Of a stretch of DNA of 64,000 nucleotides, positions 42,823 through 51,864 are shown piece by piece. A program made the position numbers and the translations under genes. The notes under the pieces are model-generated. The model saw only the letters and a list, made by a program, of their open reading frames with translations, ran no database searches and was not told the DNA's origin. The stretch covers positions 89,159 to 153,158 of the forward strand of contig OW818634.1 in assembly GCA_942492765.1 (NCBI GenBank). The letters run 5' to 3'. This DNA is from an uncultured bacterium. GTDB lineage: Bacteria > Patescibacteriota > Patescibacteriia > Patescibacteriales > UBA12465. Position 1 is the first letter of the stretch. The number at the start of each line of letters is the position of its first letter.

Positions 42823-44730
42823 TTAATTGACGGTTTTAACGAAGGTGACTATCTTCTGTCCTTCGGCCAAGCCATCGCCGCTTATTTCCATTAAGCCGTC
42901 GTTCCCAGATATCCCCATTGTTACCGGAATCTCCATGATCGTATTATCGTTATTCAAGACGCGGATGATCTTGCCGGATCCATTCTTATCGATGACTGCC
43001 CGAGACGGCGCCAAGAAGACATTCTCCTTGCGATCGGTGGTGATAGTGATATTAGCGGTCATGCCGGCTTTGATATCTTTGAGAATATCCGCTGCGTCAG
43101 TCAGGCTGATCTTGACCTTATAATAAGTTATATCCTGGATTACGGTCGCGGCCGGCTCGATGAAATAGACTGAACCGTTGAATTTTTTAGCCTCGCCAAA
43201 AGCGTCGAAATCAATTACGGCCTGATCATTTATCTTGACCTTGGAGATATCGGCCTCTGAAATATCCACCTCGATTTCGAAATTATTTTCCGTAATCATG
43301 GCTAGAGCCGCCTTGGAAGAGACCTGTTCGCCGATTTCATAATTTATCTTAGAAACCTGGCCGTCCATCGGAGCGATAATCTGGCTTTCTGATTCTTGTT
43401 TTTTAATCAGATCAAGATTAGCTTGAGCTTGCGCCAATTGCGCTTTAGCTAGGTTGATATCTTCGGTTCGCGCCGGCGTCTTAATGCTGACCAGCTGTTT
43501 CTGGGCGACATCCCAGGCCTGCCTAGCCGCGTTTAATTTCGCTTGGGCAGCCGCTACCTGGCTCTCGCCGCTTAATTTTACGGAGTTATAAGCATTGCGA
43601 GCGGATTTTAAGGCATCATCAAGATTCACCTGGGCGGAATTCAAGGCGTCAGTCGCTGAAGCGATACTGGTATCATAGGAGAGTAAAGAATTACGGAAAG
43701 CATAGTCAGCGGTTTGGATAGAGCTGATTCCGGCGCTGACTGCGCTCAAATTAGCGCTGACGTTAGTCTTATAAGCGTCTAAAGTCGCTTGCGGCAAGAC
43801 CGAAGAGACTACGGTGTTTTCTAAGCTCTTGAAACAATCGTTAGCTGTTTGATTAGTTATTTTAAGATAATCTAAGCTTAGGCTGACCAGATTCTTCAGA
43901 TTAGGCTCAGTCGGGAAAGCTTTAGCCGTTATCAAGGCGGTGACAGCCGGAACCTTTGCGTCCATTGCTAAGACATAATCATTCTTAGTGTTAAGCAGAG
44001 AGGTTGAATCCTTGACGCTGAAAGTATTCTTCAGGTCATCGTCGTCTAAAAGACGGTTGATGTAATCTAGGGCGCTATTAGCGATGCTTATCTTAGCGTC
44101 AGCCGTGTTTATCAAACTATCGCGGCTATTGTCTATGGTCTGCTGGGCATTCGTCTTAGTATTAGCCAAGTTGGTCTTGGCTGTGGCCACCGCTTGTTCT
44201 TGAGGCGTAACATCGCTGGCTGCGGACGATTCAAGGTCGGCTAATTTTTTAATAGCCTGACTTAAGTTCTCCGCACTCAGTTCTTTCGTCTTGGAAAGAT
44301 CAGTCTCTGCCGACATATAGGCGCTCTTGGCTTGAGCTTCTTGAGCGGCGCTAATAGCGATGTCCTGGGCAGTCGCTCCTTTTATCAGCTTATCAAGATT
44401 AGCTTGCGCGACATCCAAGCTTGAAGCCGCCTCCTTTTCTTTAAGAAGAAGCGAATTCAAGTCTAGTTCCATCAAGACCGCGTCTTTCTTAACCAGATCT
44501 CCGATTTTAGTTGCTATTCTATTGACTTTGCCGCTAAGGGCGAAATTTAACTCTAGTTCCTTGCTCGCCTTGACTGTACCGACTTCCGTGACAGTCTGGA
44601 CAAGGACTCCTTTATTTAAATCGACGGTGGTATATTCGCTTTGCGGCTTTTTCTTAAAGATAAAGAATAAGGCGGCAATAATCAGGATGATCGCCGCTAT
44701 GATAAGCCATTTCTTCTTTTTGCTAGACAT
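42823..44730 (-). CDS. HlyD/MacA-type membrane-fusion (periplasmic adaptor) protein with an exceptionally long helical insert
   Basis: 635 aa. N-terminal TM helix. Lipoyl half-motifs near residues ~60-90 and from ~451 (IIAPMDGQV). The ~360 residues between them are A/Q/L/K/S/T/N-rich helical sequence. C-terminal beta-barrel and membrane-proximal domains. Confidence 0.8.
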   Translation of the reverse strand: MSSKKKKWLIIAAIILIIAALFFIFKKKPQSEYTTVDLNKGVLVQTVTEVGTVKASKELELNFALSGKVNRIATKIGDLVKKDAVLMELDLNSLLLKEKEAASSLDVAQANLDKLIKGATAQDIAISAAQEAQAKSAYMSAETDLSKTKELSAENLSQAIKKLADLESSAASDVTPQEQAVATAKTNLANTKTNAQQTIDNSRDSLINTADAKISIANSALDYINRLLDDDDLKNTFSVKDSTSLLNTKNDYVLAMDAKVPAVTALITAKAFPTEPNLKNLVSLSLDYLKITNQTANDCFKSLENTVVSSVLPQATLDAYKTNVSANLSAVSAGISSIQTADYAFRNSLLSYDTSIASATDALNSAQVNLDDALKSARNAYNSVKLSGESQVAAAQAKLNAARQAWDVAQKQLVSIKTPARTEDINLAKAQLAQAQANLDLIKKQESESQIIAPMDGQVSKINYEIGEQVSSKAALAMITENNFEIEVDISEADISKVKINDQAVIDFDAFGEAKKFNGSVYFIEPAATVIQDITYYKVKISLTDAADILKDIKAGMTANITITTDRKENVFLAPSRAVIDKNGSGKIIRVLNNDNTIMEIPVTMGISGNDGLMEISGDGLAEGQKIVTFVKTVN

Positions 44731-44784
44731 AATAATGCAGTATAAATTGTTATAATTTTAACATATTAGCGAAAAATAGTAAAA

Positions 44785-44822
44785 CAAAAAAACGCTCTCC
44801 TTGAGAGTGTTTTTTTTGTTTT
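44785..44822. terminator. Bidirectional intrinsic terminator after the DEAD-box helicase gene
   Basis: cgctctc (44792-44798) pairs with gagagtg (44802-44808), flanked by A7 and T8. Confidence 0.65.
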
Positions 44823-44838
44823 CTAGCTGAATTGAAAT

Positions 44839-46341
44839 TTATCTAGCTATAGAGCGATTAGGTTGAGAAAATCGGTGCGGAGATGCTGGCCTGCGCCCCT
44901 CAAATTTACGAGGAGATGACTGTCCTTGTCTGCTAGAAGCATGCAATGGCGACAACCCTCGCCTGTTGCCCATATAGGGAGAGGATTTAACAGGCGTCTC
45001 AGTGATGAAAAATGGCGTAAAACGCGTCGTTTTTTTGGCTTGAGGCGGCGTTTGCTTATAGCTACTCTCCGATCTAGGAGATCGATGTTCCGGGCGTCGC
45101 GGAGCTCCTTCTATGCGCCGCGAATCTCCTCTAAAAGATCTACGCTTCTGCTTATTGGTCGTCGGGGCCGAAAATTCTTTATTGAATTTAACGAATTCAG
45201 TTCGCTTAATATCCTTGTTGATTAATTTCTCGATATCCCGGATTTCTCTCTGTTCGTGGGCGGTCGCGAAAGTGATCGCTTTGCCGGTCTGACCGGCGCG
45301 GCCGGTGCGGCCGATACGATGGACATAATCCTCGGAATTGTCCGGAAGATTATAATTAACTACCAGTTCGATACCGTTGATATCCAGACCGCGGGCAGCG
45401 ACATCGGTCGCCACTAAGATGCGCTCTTTCTTGGATTTAAAATCCTGCAAAGCGGCGCGGCGGCGGTTCAAAGATAAATTCGAGTGTATTTCTACGGCTT
45501 TATGACCTAAAGACTGCAATTTAGAAGTAAGGGCTTTGACGCTATGCTTAGTCCGCAGAAAAACCAGGACTGAACCAGAATATTGCGCTAAGATTTTCAA
45601 TAGATGTTCGAGGCGTTCTTCGCCATTGATGATGAATATCTCTTGATCTACCTGAGAAGCGGTCGTGCCCGGAGGAGCAACCTCGATGCTGACCGGCAAT
45701 TTCATGTAATTAGCTGCGATCTTCACGATAGTCGCGGGCATGGTTGCGGAAAAGATCATGGTCTGGCGCTCTTTGGGCGCCTGTTTCAATATTTCTTGGA
45801 TTTGCGGCGCAAAGCCGAGATCCAGCATCATGTCAGCCTCATCAAGGACTAAAGTCTTTATCTGATCAAGCTTAAAAGTGTGGCGCTTAAGATGATCAAT
45901 CAATCTTCCCGGAGTTGCGACCACGACATGCGGCTTCTTGCGCAATTGAAAAAGCTGGCGGTCCAGCGCTTCGCCGCCGATCAAGATAGCGGTTCTTAAT
46001 CCCAGAGCCTGTCCTAATTTCTTTAAGCTCTCCTCGATCTGAAGAGCTAATTCGCGCGTCGGCGCGATAATCAGCCCTTGGCCTTTATTTAGGCCTAGAC
46101 GCTGGAGCATCGGAATGCCGAAAGCAAAAGTCTTGCCGGTGCCAGTTTGCGCGATACCGATTAAATCCTGGCCGGTAATAGCGATCGGGATAGTCTTGCG
46201 CTGAATAGGCGTCGGGACGTCTAGATTCAGCTTTTTAAGGATTTCCAAGATAGAATCACTGATACCTAAATCAGCGAATCTAGGAGTCGGTTCAAGAACT
46301 AACTCCTCAAGGACTTCATCCATCTTTTTGATGTTTGTCAT
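44839..46341 (-). CDS. DEAD-box ATP-dependent RNA helicase with an R/S/P-rich C-terminal tail
   Basis: The track ORF starts at a GTG (46377) inside a 5'-UTR hairpin, so the ATG at 46339-46341 (MTNIKKMDEV) is preferred. Motifs AQTGTGKT, PTRELA, DEAD, SAT, HRIGRTGRAG. Confidence 0.9.
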   Translation of the reverse strand: MTNIKKMDEVLEELVLEPTPRFADLGISDSILEILKKLNLDVPTPIQRKTIPIAITGQDLIGIAQTGTGKTFAFGIPMLQRLGLNKGQGLIIAPTRELALQIEESLKKLGQALGLRTAILIGGEALDRQLFQLRKKPHVVVATPGRLIDHLKRHTFKLDQIKTLVLDEADMMLDLGFAPQIQEILKQAPKERQTMIFSATMPATIVKIAANYMKLPVSIEVAPPGTTASQVDQEIFIINGEERLEHLLKILAQYSGSVLVFLRTKHSVKALTSKLQSLGHKAVEIHSNLSLNRRRAALQDFKSKKERILVATDVAARGLDINGIELVVNYNLPDNSEDYVHRIGRTGRAGQTGKAITFATAHEQREIRDIEKLINKDIKRTEFVKFNKEFSAPTTNKQKRRSFRGDSRRIEGAPRRPEHRSPRSESSYKQTPPQAKKTTRFTPFFITETPVKSSPYMGNRRGLSPLHASSRQGQSSPRKFEGRRPASPHRFSQPNRSIAR

Positions 46342-46342
46342 A

Positions 46343-46446
46343 ATAAAAAAATAAGCGACCCGATTTCTCAAGGCCACTTATTTATATGACGGAGATTCGA
46401 ATCTAATTAATATGGTAATAATAGCACGTAATTTAATTATAGTCAA
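46343..46446 (-). promoter_or_regulatory. Promoter and 5' UTR of the DEAD-box helicase gene, with a terminator-like hairpin just before the start codon
   Basis: The minus strand reads TTGACT (46446-46441), a 17-nt spacer, then TATTAT (46423-46418). The hairpin 46372-46382/46350-46361 (~11 bp including G-U pairs) is followed by a U-run (46344-46350) abutting the ATG. Confidence 0.5.
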
Positions 46447-46491
46447 GGATAAGGTCAAAACTATTACTAAGCTCGCTAACTATAAGTAAAT

Positions 46492-46917
46492 TTACTCTAA
46501 AGCTCGCAAAATTTTATCTAATTTGGCATTCAATATGTCAAATTGCTCGCTAGAAATATTGCTGCCGTGGCTGCTTACAGAAGCCTCGTTACGGCCAGAA
46601 GATCTAAATGATCCCCTGTCGCCAGAACGCTTCGGGCCAGCTTCCTCCTTACCCTTAAAGCAATTGCTGCAGAAAACCGGCTTGCCAGACAAAGGCTTGA
46701 AAGGAACCTCACAGCTCGCCCCGCATTCAGCGCAAGTCGCCCTATGCATTTCTGGACGATCAGAGTTCCGATCATCTCGGCTAAAACTCCGTCCGCTTCC
46801 GCCTTTGCTCCCGAAGCCGCCAAAACTCTTTGAACCGAAGCCGCCGGCGCGCTTGCCATCTTTCATCCCCCCGCCCTTCTTATAGTTGAATCCGCTCTCC
46901 TTATTAAAGTTTTTCAT
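46492..46917 (-). CDS. CxxC-x17-CxxC zinc-ribbon protein with a G/S/F/R-rich N-terminal region
   Basis: CAECGASCEVPFKPLSGKPVFCSNC gives exactly 17 residues between the two CxxC pairs. Start chosen at ATG 46915-46917 (MKNFNKE); the track start at 46950 is also possible. Confidence 0.7.
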   Translation of the reverse strand: MKNFNKESGFNYKKGGGMKDGKRAGGFGSKSFGGFGSKGGSGRSFSRDDRNSDRPEMHRATCAECGASCEVPFKPLSGKPVFCSNCFKGKEEAGPKRSGDRGSFRSSGRNEASVSSHGSNISSEQFDILNAKLDKILRALE

Positions 46918-46949
46918 AATTTGTTTATAAATATTTAAAGCCCCTGCCA

Positions 46950-46985
46950 ATCAAAATCCCGCCACAACATAATTGGGCGGGACTT
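46950..46985 (-). terminator. Intrinsic terminator after the cold-shock protein gene (modest U-run)
   Basis: cccgcc (46958-46963) pairs with ggcggg (46976-46981). On the minus strand the hairpin is followed by AUUUUGAUU. Confidence 0.45.
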
Positions 46986-47002
46986 TGATTTCAAGAGAGA
47001 TA

Positions 47003-47200
47003 TTAAGCGCGTTTAACATTAACCGCGTTCATTCCTTTCGGAGAGTTCTCTGTTTCGAAAGAAACAGCATCACCCTCGCGCAATTCATTGTATTGGACGC
47101 CAACCAATGAGTTGCTGTGAAAGAATAAATCTTTTTCTTGACCTTCTACCTTGATGAAACCGAAACCTTTGTCGGTTAAAGTTTTGATAGTACCAGTCAT
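47003..47200 (-). CDS. Cold-shock domain protein (CspA family)
   Basis: 65 aa from the internal ATG at 47198-47200 (MTGTIKTLTDKGFGFI). RNP1 is KGFGFI and RNP2-like is LFFHS. The track N-terminal extension is not supported. Confidence 0.9.
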   Translation of the reverse strand: MTGTIKTLTDKGFGFIKVEGQEKDLFFHSNSLVGVQYNELREGDAVSFETENSPKGMNAVNVKRA

Positions 47201-47291
47201 AAAAATTTTTAGACTTAGTTTGTAAGATTGCAATTTAATAAAGAGTTTAAAAATCGACTACTTTTTTGAGACGCGATATTGTTGCTTAAAC

Positions 47292-47320
47292 ACTGTACCA
47301 CGTAAAAATAAATAAGTCAA
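47292..47320 (-). promoter_or_regulatory. Promoter of the csp gene, followed by an ~85-nt 5' UTR
   Basis: The minus strand reads TTGACT (47320-47315), a 17-nt spacer, then TACAGT (47297-47292). Confidence 0.5.
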
Positions 47321-47321
47321 G

Positions 47322-49247
47322 CTAAATATTAATGATCTCAATATCTACTTTATTATCCGATCCTAGGCCGTAATAGCTATATATCGGCTTAACGTAACGC
47401 AGCATAGCATCATACATGACGATGCGGGCGCGACGCCAGATATTGCGCGGCCTAGAGATGAAGCGATCCATGGCAAACAAGACTAGCCATTTTTGAGGAT
47501 CGCTCGGGATCTTGATCTTCTTCCTTTCTTTAAGATCTGCCAAAACGCGCCGGATATCAGGATTCTGCATATATCCGTAAGAAGCTTGGACAGAAACGAT
47601 GCTGCCGATTTCGGTATCAGACTGGAAATTGATGATCTGGTAGCGATTCTCCCTATCGACGCGAGGGATATTCAGGAAAACTACATTCATGAAAATGATA
47701 TGTTTCGGGATGCATAATCCCCATTTAGACAAGAAAGAGTCCATGGCGACCGGAATGCTGTCGGAAAGGCTCGTTATCGGCCGCGAAGACATGACGACAA
47801 CAGAACGATTCAATAAGGAATCCTTGTATTCTATCTGCATCTCCGCGAATTTCTTGACTGGAAGCCCGGGCAGGTTGAGGTGCGCCGCCCGAGAAAGAGC
47901 TCTTCCCCAATCCCAAGTAGACATGACCAGAAATAAGATAGCTGCGATTATGACCGGCACGAAGCCGCCCTGCCAGAATTTTAGAAGAGTGCCAAAGAAG
48001 AAGGCTAAATCGATGATCAACAAGAAGGAAATCAGCGGCATAACTACCCATAGAGGCCATTTCCAAAGATGGCGTATCAAGGAATAGAATACTAGCGTCG
48101 TAATTATCATGGTACCAGTAACGGCTATGCCGTAAGCCGCGGCTAATCCGCCGGAAGAATGGAAGGCTAAGACTAGAGCGATGCAGCTGACCGCCAGCGC
48201 GCTATTGATAAAAGGAACATATATCTGCCCTTCGATGGCCGGATTAGTATGGACTACTCTTATTTTCGGGAATAGGCCAAGAGCGATAGCTTGGCTTGTC
48301 AAAGAATAAACGCCGGCGATAAGCGCTTGGCTAGCGATTATCGTAGCCGCGGTCGCCAAGATGACTATGCCCAAGAAAGCCCATTGCGGCGCTAACGCGT
48401 AGAAAGTATTATTGCCGGCAATTTCGCGGCCCGATAACAATAGAGCTCCTTGGCCGAAATAATTGATGATGAGCGCCGGATAGACCAGGCTTACCCAAGA
48501 CCAGGTGATGACTCGGCGATTAAAATGCCCCATATCGGCATAAAGCGCCTCGCAGCCAGTGATACAGAGGGCGACTGAACTAAGGACGAAGAATGTGGAC
48601 CAGGCATGAGCGCAAACGAAGCGATAAGCCGATAACGGATTAATAGCTGCCAAGACCTGGGGATACCTGATAATAGCCGGCAGTCCCAGGATGATAAGAA
48701 CCAGAAACCAGATAATCATTATTGGCCCGAAAAAGCGTCCGACCTGTCCCGTTCCCCTTTTTTGGATATAGAATAAGCCGATTAAGATTGCAATCGTTAA
48801 AGGAACTACGAATAATGCCAGTTTAGGAGATATGATAGCTAGTCCCTCGACAGCCGACAAGACAGAAATAGCCGGAGTGATAACGCCATCGCCGTAAAGA
48901 AGAGTCGCGCCCATCAAGACCACGGCAGTCACACTGAGGCCGAATATCCGCTTCACTTTCCCTTGTCGCAGCAAAGCGAGCAGAGCGAAGATTCCGCCCT
49001 CACCCTTATTATCGGCGCGCATTATCAGCAATATATATTTTATAGTGACGACGATCATCAGCGTCCAGAAGACTAGCGACAAGACGCCAAGGACATTTTC
49101 CGGGCTGCGCTCGAGCGGATGGAGTCCGAAAAAAGTCTCTTTCAGGGCATAAAGAGGCGATGTGCCGATATCGCCGAAAACGACGCCGAGAGCGCCAATA
49201 AGAAGAGGCAAGCTAATTGCTTTCTTGAATATGATCTTGTTGTTCAT
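47322..49247 (-). CDS. kup: KUP/HAK/KT-family potassium transporter
   Basis: 641 aa. N-terminal GVVFGDIGTSPLYALKETF signature, 12 TM helices and a cytoplasmic C-domain. Confidence 0.92.
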   Translation of the reverse strand: MNNKIIFKKAISLPLLIGALGVVFGDIGTSPLYALKETFFGLHPLERSPENVLGVLSLVFWTLMIVVTIKYILLIMRADNKGEGGIFALLALLRQGKVKRIFGLSVTAVVLMGATLLYGDGVITPAISVLSAVEGLAIISPKLALFVVPLTIAILIGLFYIQKRGTGQVGRFFGPIMIIWFLVLIILGLPAIIRYPQVLAAINPLSAYRFVCAHAWSTFFVLSSVALCITGCEALYADMGHFNRRVITWSWVSLVYPALIINYFGQGALLLSGREIAGNNTFYALAPQWAFLGIVILATAATIIASQALIAGVYSLTSQAIALGLFPKIRVVHTNPAIEGQIYVPFINSALAVSCIALVLAFHSSGGLAAAYGIAVTGTMIITTLVFYSLIRHLWKWPLWVVMPLISFLLIIDLAFFFGTLLKFWQGGFVPVIIAAILFLVMSTWDWGRALSRAAHLNLPGLPVKKFAEMQIEYKDSLLNRSVVVMSSRPITSLSDSIPVAMDSFLSKWGLCIPKHIIFMNVVFLNIPRVDRENRYQIINFQSDTEIGSIVSVQASYGYMQNPDIRRVLADLKERKKIKIPSDPQKWLVLFAMDRFISRPRNIWRRARIVMYDAMLRYVKPIYSYYGLGSDNKVDIEIINI

Positions 49248-50479
49248 ACCGTAACAGTCTTATGTGAAAAAAATATAAATACCAAAGCGGCTATGATAGC
49301 CATGACGCCGCCGAAGATGAAGGGAGCGCCGGGACTTATCAAGCTCCAGAGCCAGCCGGCGATAAATGACGCTAAGAAAGCGCATAAGCCGACGAGCGTC
49401 TGATAAGCGCCGAAAGCCGTGCCAGCCTTAGCAGAAGGGATTAATCCTGATATATAAGATCGCGATACCCCGTCGGTCATAGCCATAAAAATTCCATACA
49501 GCGGGAATAATATCCAGACGAATAAAGATCGATCAATCAGGCCGAAAGCGAAATACACCGCAGCGAACAAGCCGAAACCTAAAGCTAAAACTTTCTTAGA
49601 GCCGATCTTATCAGCCAAGATTCCAGCCGGATAAGAAAATATGGAATAGCAGAAATTGAACAGGACATAGATTAGGATAGTCAGAGTCACTGACAAGCCT
49701 AGGTTGCGCGCCCTTAAGATCAGAAAGACATCGGAGCTGTTGCCAATGGCAAAGATTGCGCTGACGAGCAGGAATAATTTAAAATTCTTATCCAGGCTTT
49801 TCCAAATATGTCCTATCGACATAACCGCTGGTCGCTCCAATGGCGCTTGAGCGCCGGCTGTCGCCTCCTTAACGCGTCTTTTTTCTCGCACGAACAAGAC
49901 TAGCACTAACACGCCGATGACCGAAGGAATGAAAGCGATCAAGAATATCCTCGAATAGTTCTCATGATACAGGTTAATCAGCAGGAGCGCCAATAAAGGA
50001 CCGATGACCGCGCCTAGGCTATCCATAGCCCTATGGAAGCCGAAAGCGCGCCCGCGCCTTGTCTCTCCGGAGTTTTCCATTATCAAAGCGTCGCGCGCTG
50101 AAACGCGAGCGCCTTTGCCGAAACGATCCATAAAACGCGCGCCCAGCACTAAATGCCAGCTATAGGCTAGACCAAGGGCTATCTTAGATAAGCTTGATAA
50201 GGCATAGCCGAAAATTACAAAGATCTTGCGACGCTGGAACTTATCCGAGAACCAGCCGGAAAAGACTTTCAATAAACTGGCGGTAGAATCAGCAACGCCT
50301 TCGATCAGGCCGATAATCTGAGTAGGCACGCCTAAAATCGTAGTCAAGAAAATCGGTACGATCGGATAAACCATCTCGGAAGCGATGTCGTTGAAGAAAC
50401 TGACAAACCCCATGGCGAGAACATTGCGAGAAATGCCGCGTTTTGGCTTATTATCTTGGTTATCAAATCTTTCAGTCAT
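49244..50479 (-). CDS. MFS transporter
   Basis: 411 aa with 12 TM helices. Loop motif DKFQRRKIFV between TM2 and TM3. There is a 4-nt overlap with the kup start. Confidence 0.85.
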   Translation of the reverse strand: MTERFDNQDNKPKRGISRNVLAMGFVSFFNDIASEMVYPIVPIFLTTILGVPTQIIGLIEGVADSTASLLKVFSGWFSDKFQRRKIFVIFGYALSSLSKIALGLAYSWHLVLGARFMDRFGKGARVSARDALIMENSGETRRGRAFGFHRAMDSLGAVIGPLLALLLINLYHENYSRIFLIAFIPSVIGVLVLVLFVREKRRVKEATAGAQAPLERPAVMSIGHIWKSLDKNFKLFLLVSAIFAIGNSSDVFLILRARNLGLSVTLTILIYVLFNFCYSIFSYPAGILADKIGSKKVLALGFGLFAAVYFAFGLIDRSLFVWILFPLYGIFMAMTDGVSRSYISGLIPSAKAGTAFGAYQTLVGLCAFLASFIAGWLWSLISPGAPFIFGGVMAIIAALVFIFFSHKTVTV

Positions 50480-50482
50480 AAA

Positions 50483-51724
50483 TTAATCAGTAAAAATCTT
50501 ATAAATCACTCCGGCTTTATCATCGCTGACATATAAAGATCCGCTAGCATCGAAAACCAGATCAACCGGCCGGCCGATCGCGCCCGACTCAGTCAGCCAG
50601 CCAGAAATAAAATCTTCCTGACTGGATAATTTCCCGGAGGCATCCAGAATCAAGCGTACGACTTTGTATCCGGTCGGCACGCTGCGATTCCAGGAACCAT
50701 GGAAAGCAACCAGAAGATTGCCTTTGTATGCCTCTGGCCAAGAGGAGCTCACCGGCACGAAAGCTAAGCCGAGGGGCGCGGAATGAGCCTGCAGGTCGAT
50801 CCTGCTCGGCGATTCAAAAGGAGCCTGGCAAGGATTACGGAAATAAGTATTCTTATCAAAATTAGTATCATGGATATTTTGCCCATAGCAGATCGGCCAG
50901 CCGAAATTTAATGTTGAAGTCCCCCTGGTGTCGATAACATTGATTTCATCCGGAGGAATATTATCGCCCAAGAGGTCGCGCCCCATCTCGGTGACCCACA
51001 TCATCTTGTCTTTATCATTCCAGACGAAAAAGACGCTGTTGCGCAATCCTTTCGCCACTTGGCGTAAATCGCTGCCGTCCTTATTCAGAGAATATATCGA
51101 AGCATGGAGAGGATCATTCTCTTGGCAGACATTGCAAGTCGAGCCGATAGACACATACAGACGCCCATCCGCGCCAAACCCCAGAGTCCTGGTAAAATGG
51201 CGGCCGCCAGCAGGCAGGTCGATGACCTTTTGCAAACTACTGGGAGTTCCTGATTTTATCGCGGTTCTAGATATCTTAGTCTCTTCAGCAATATATAAGA
51301 CATTCGGATCTTGCGGATCAAAAGCTAGACCATGTGGATTATTTAATCCGCTAAAAATAATCTCCTGCGCCGCCAAGCGTCCTTGCTTGATCGTCAATCG
51401 GCTGATTATTCCCTTCCCGGTCTGACTAAGCCACATATTACCATCGGCATCAAAAGCTATGACTCTCGCGCCCGGGACGTCCTTAGCAAAAATTCCGATA
51501 GAGAAACCGGGGGGCATCTTCAGGGGCGAAACAGCCGAGCTGGTCGCGGTTATCGCAGTCGCTGCCAAAGAATCCGCGGCCGGGACAATGTTAACGACAT
51601 CTGCCGGCGCCTTGCTTAGAGCTGGCCCGAGACCGCGCAGATTGAGATAATAAAAGCGCCCAGCAAATGCTGAAGCAGCCAAGACCATGATCCCGATCAC
51701 GATAAAGATTATCTTTTTATTCAT
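50483..51724 (-). CDS. Secreted PQQ-dependent sugar (glucose/sorbosone) dehydrogenase-like beta-propeller
   Basis: 413 aa. Signal anchor. GGRHFTRTLGFGADGRLYVSIGSTCNVCQE and GRPVDLVFDASGSLYVSDDKAGVIYKI are typical of the family. Confidence 0.75.
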   Translation of the reverse strand: MNKKIIFIVIGIMVLAASAFAGRFYYLNLRGLGPALSKAPADVVNIVPAADSLAATAITATSSAVSPLKMPPGFSIGIFAKDVPGARVIAFDADGNMWLSQTGKGIISRLTIKQGRLAAQEIIFSGLNNPHGLAFDPQDPNVLYIAEETKISRTAIKSGTPSSLQKVIDLPAGGRHFTRTLGFGADGRLYVSIGSTCNVCQENDPLHASIYSLNKDGSDLRQVAKGLRNSVFFVWNDKDKMMWVTEMGRDLLGDNIPPDEINVIDTRGTSTLNFGWPICYGQNIHDTNFDKNTYFRNPCQAPFESPSRIDLQAHSAPLGLAFVPVSSSWPEAYKGNLLVAFHGSWNRSVPTGYKVVRLILDASGKLSSQEDFISGWLTESGAIGRPVDLVFDASGSLYVSDDKAGVIYKIFTD

Positions 51725-51806
51725 AATATTTTATTAAAATTTGTACGTAATTACTATGATTTTAGCATCAAAATGAAAAATAATAAAACATGATAAATAT
51801 AAAGTA

Positions 51807-51835
51807 TTGACATTTATAAACTTATATGTTAATAT
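51807..51835 (+). promoter_or_regulatory. Near-consensus promoter of the small secreted protein gene
   Basis: TTGACA (51807-51812), a 17-nt spacer, then TAATAT (51830-51835). Confidence 0.55.
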
Positions 51836-51864
51836 AGTTCCAAGAACCCAAAAAAATCGATATC

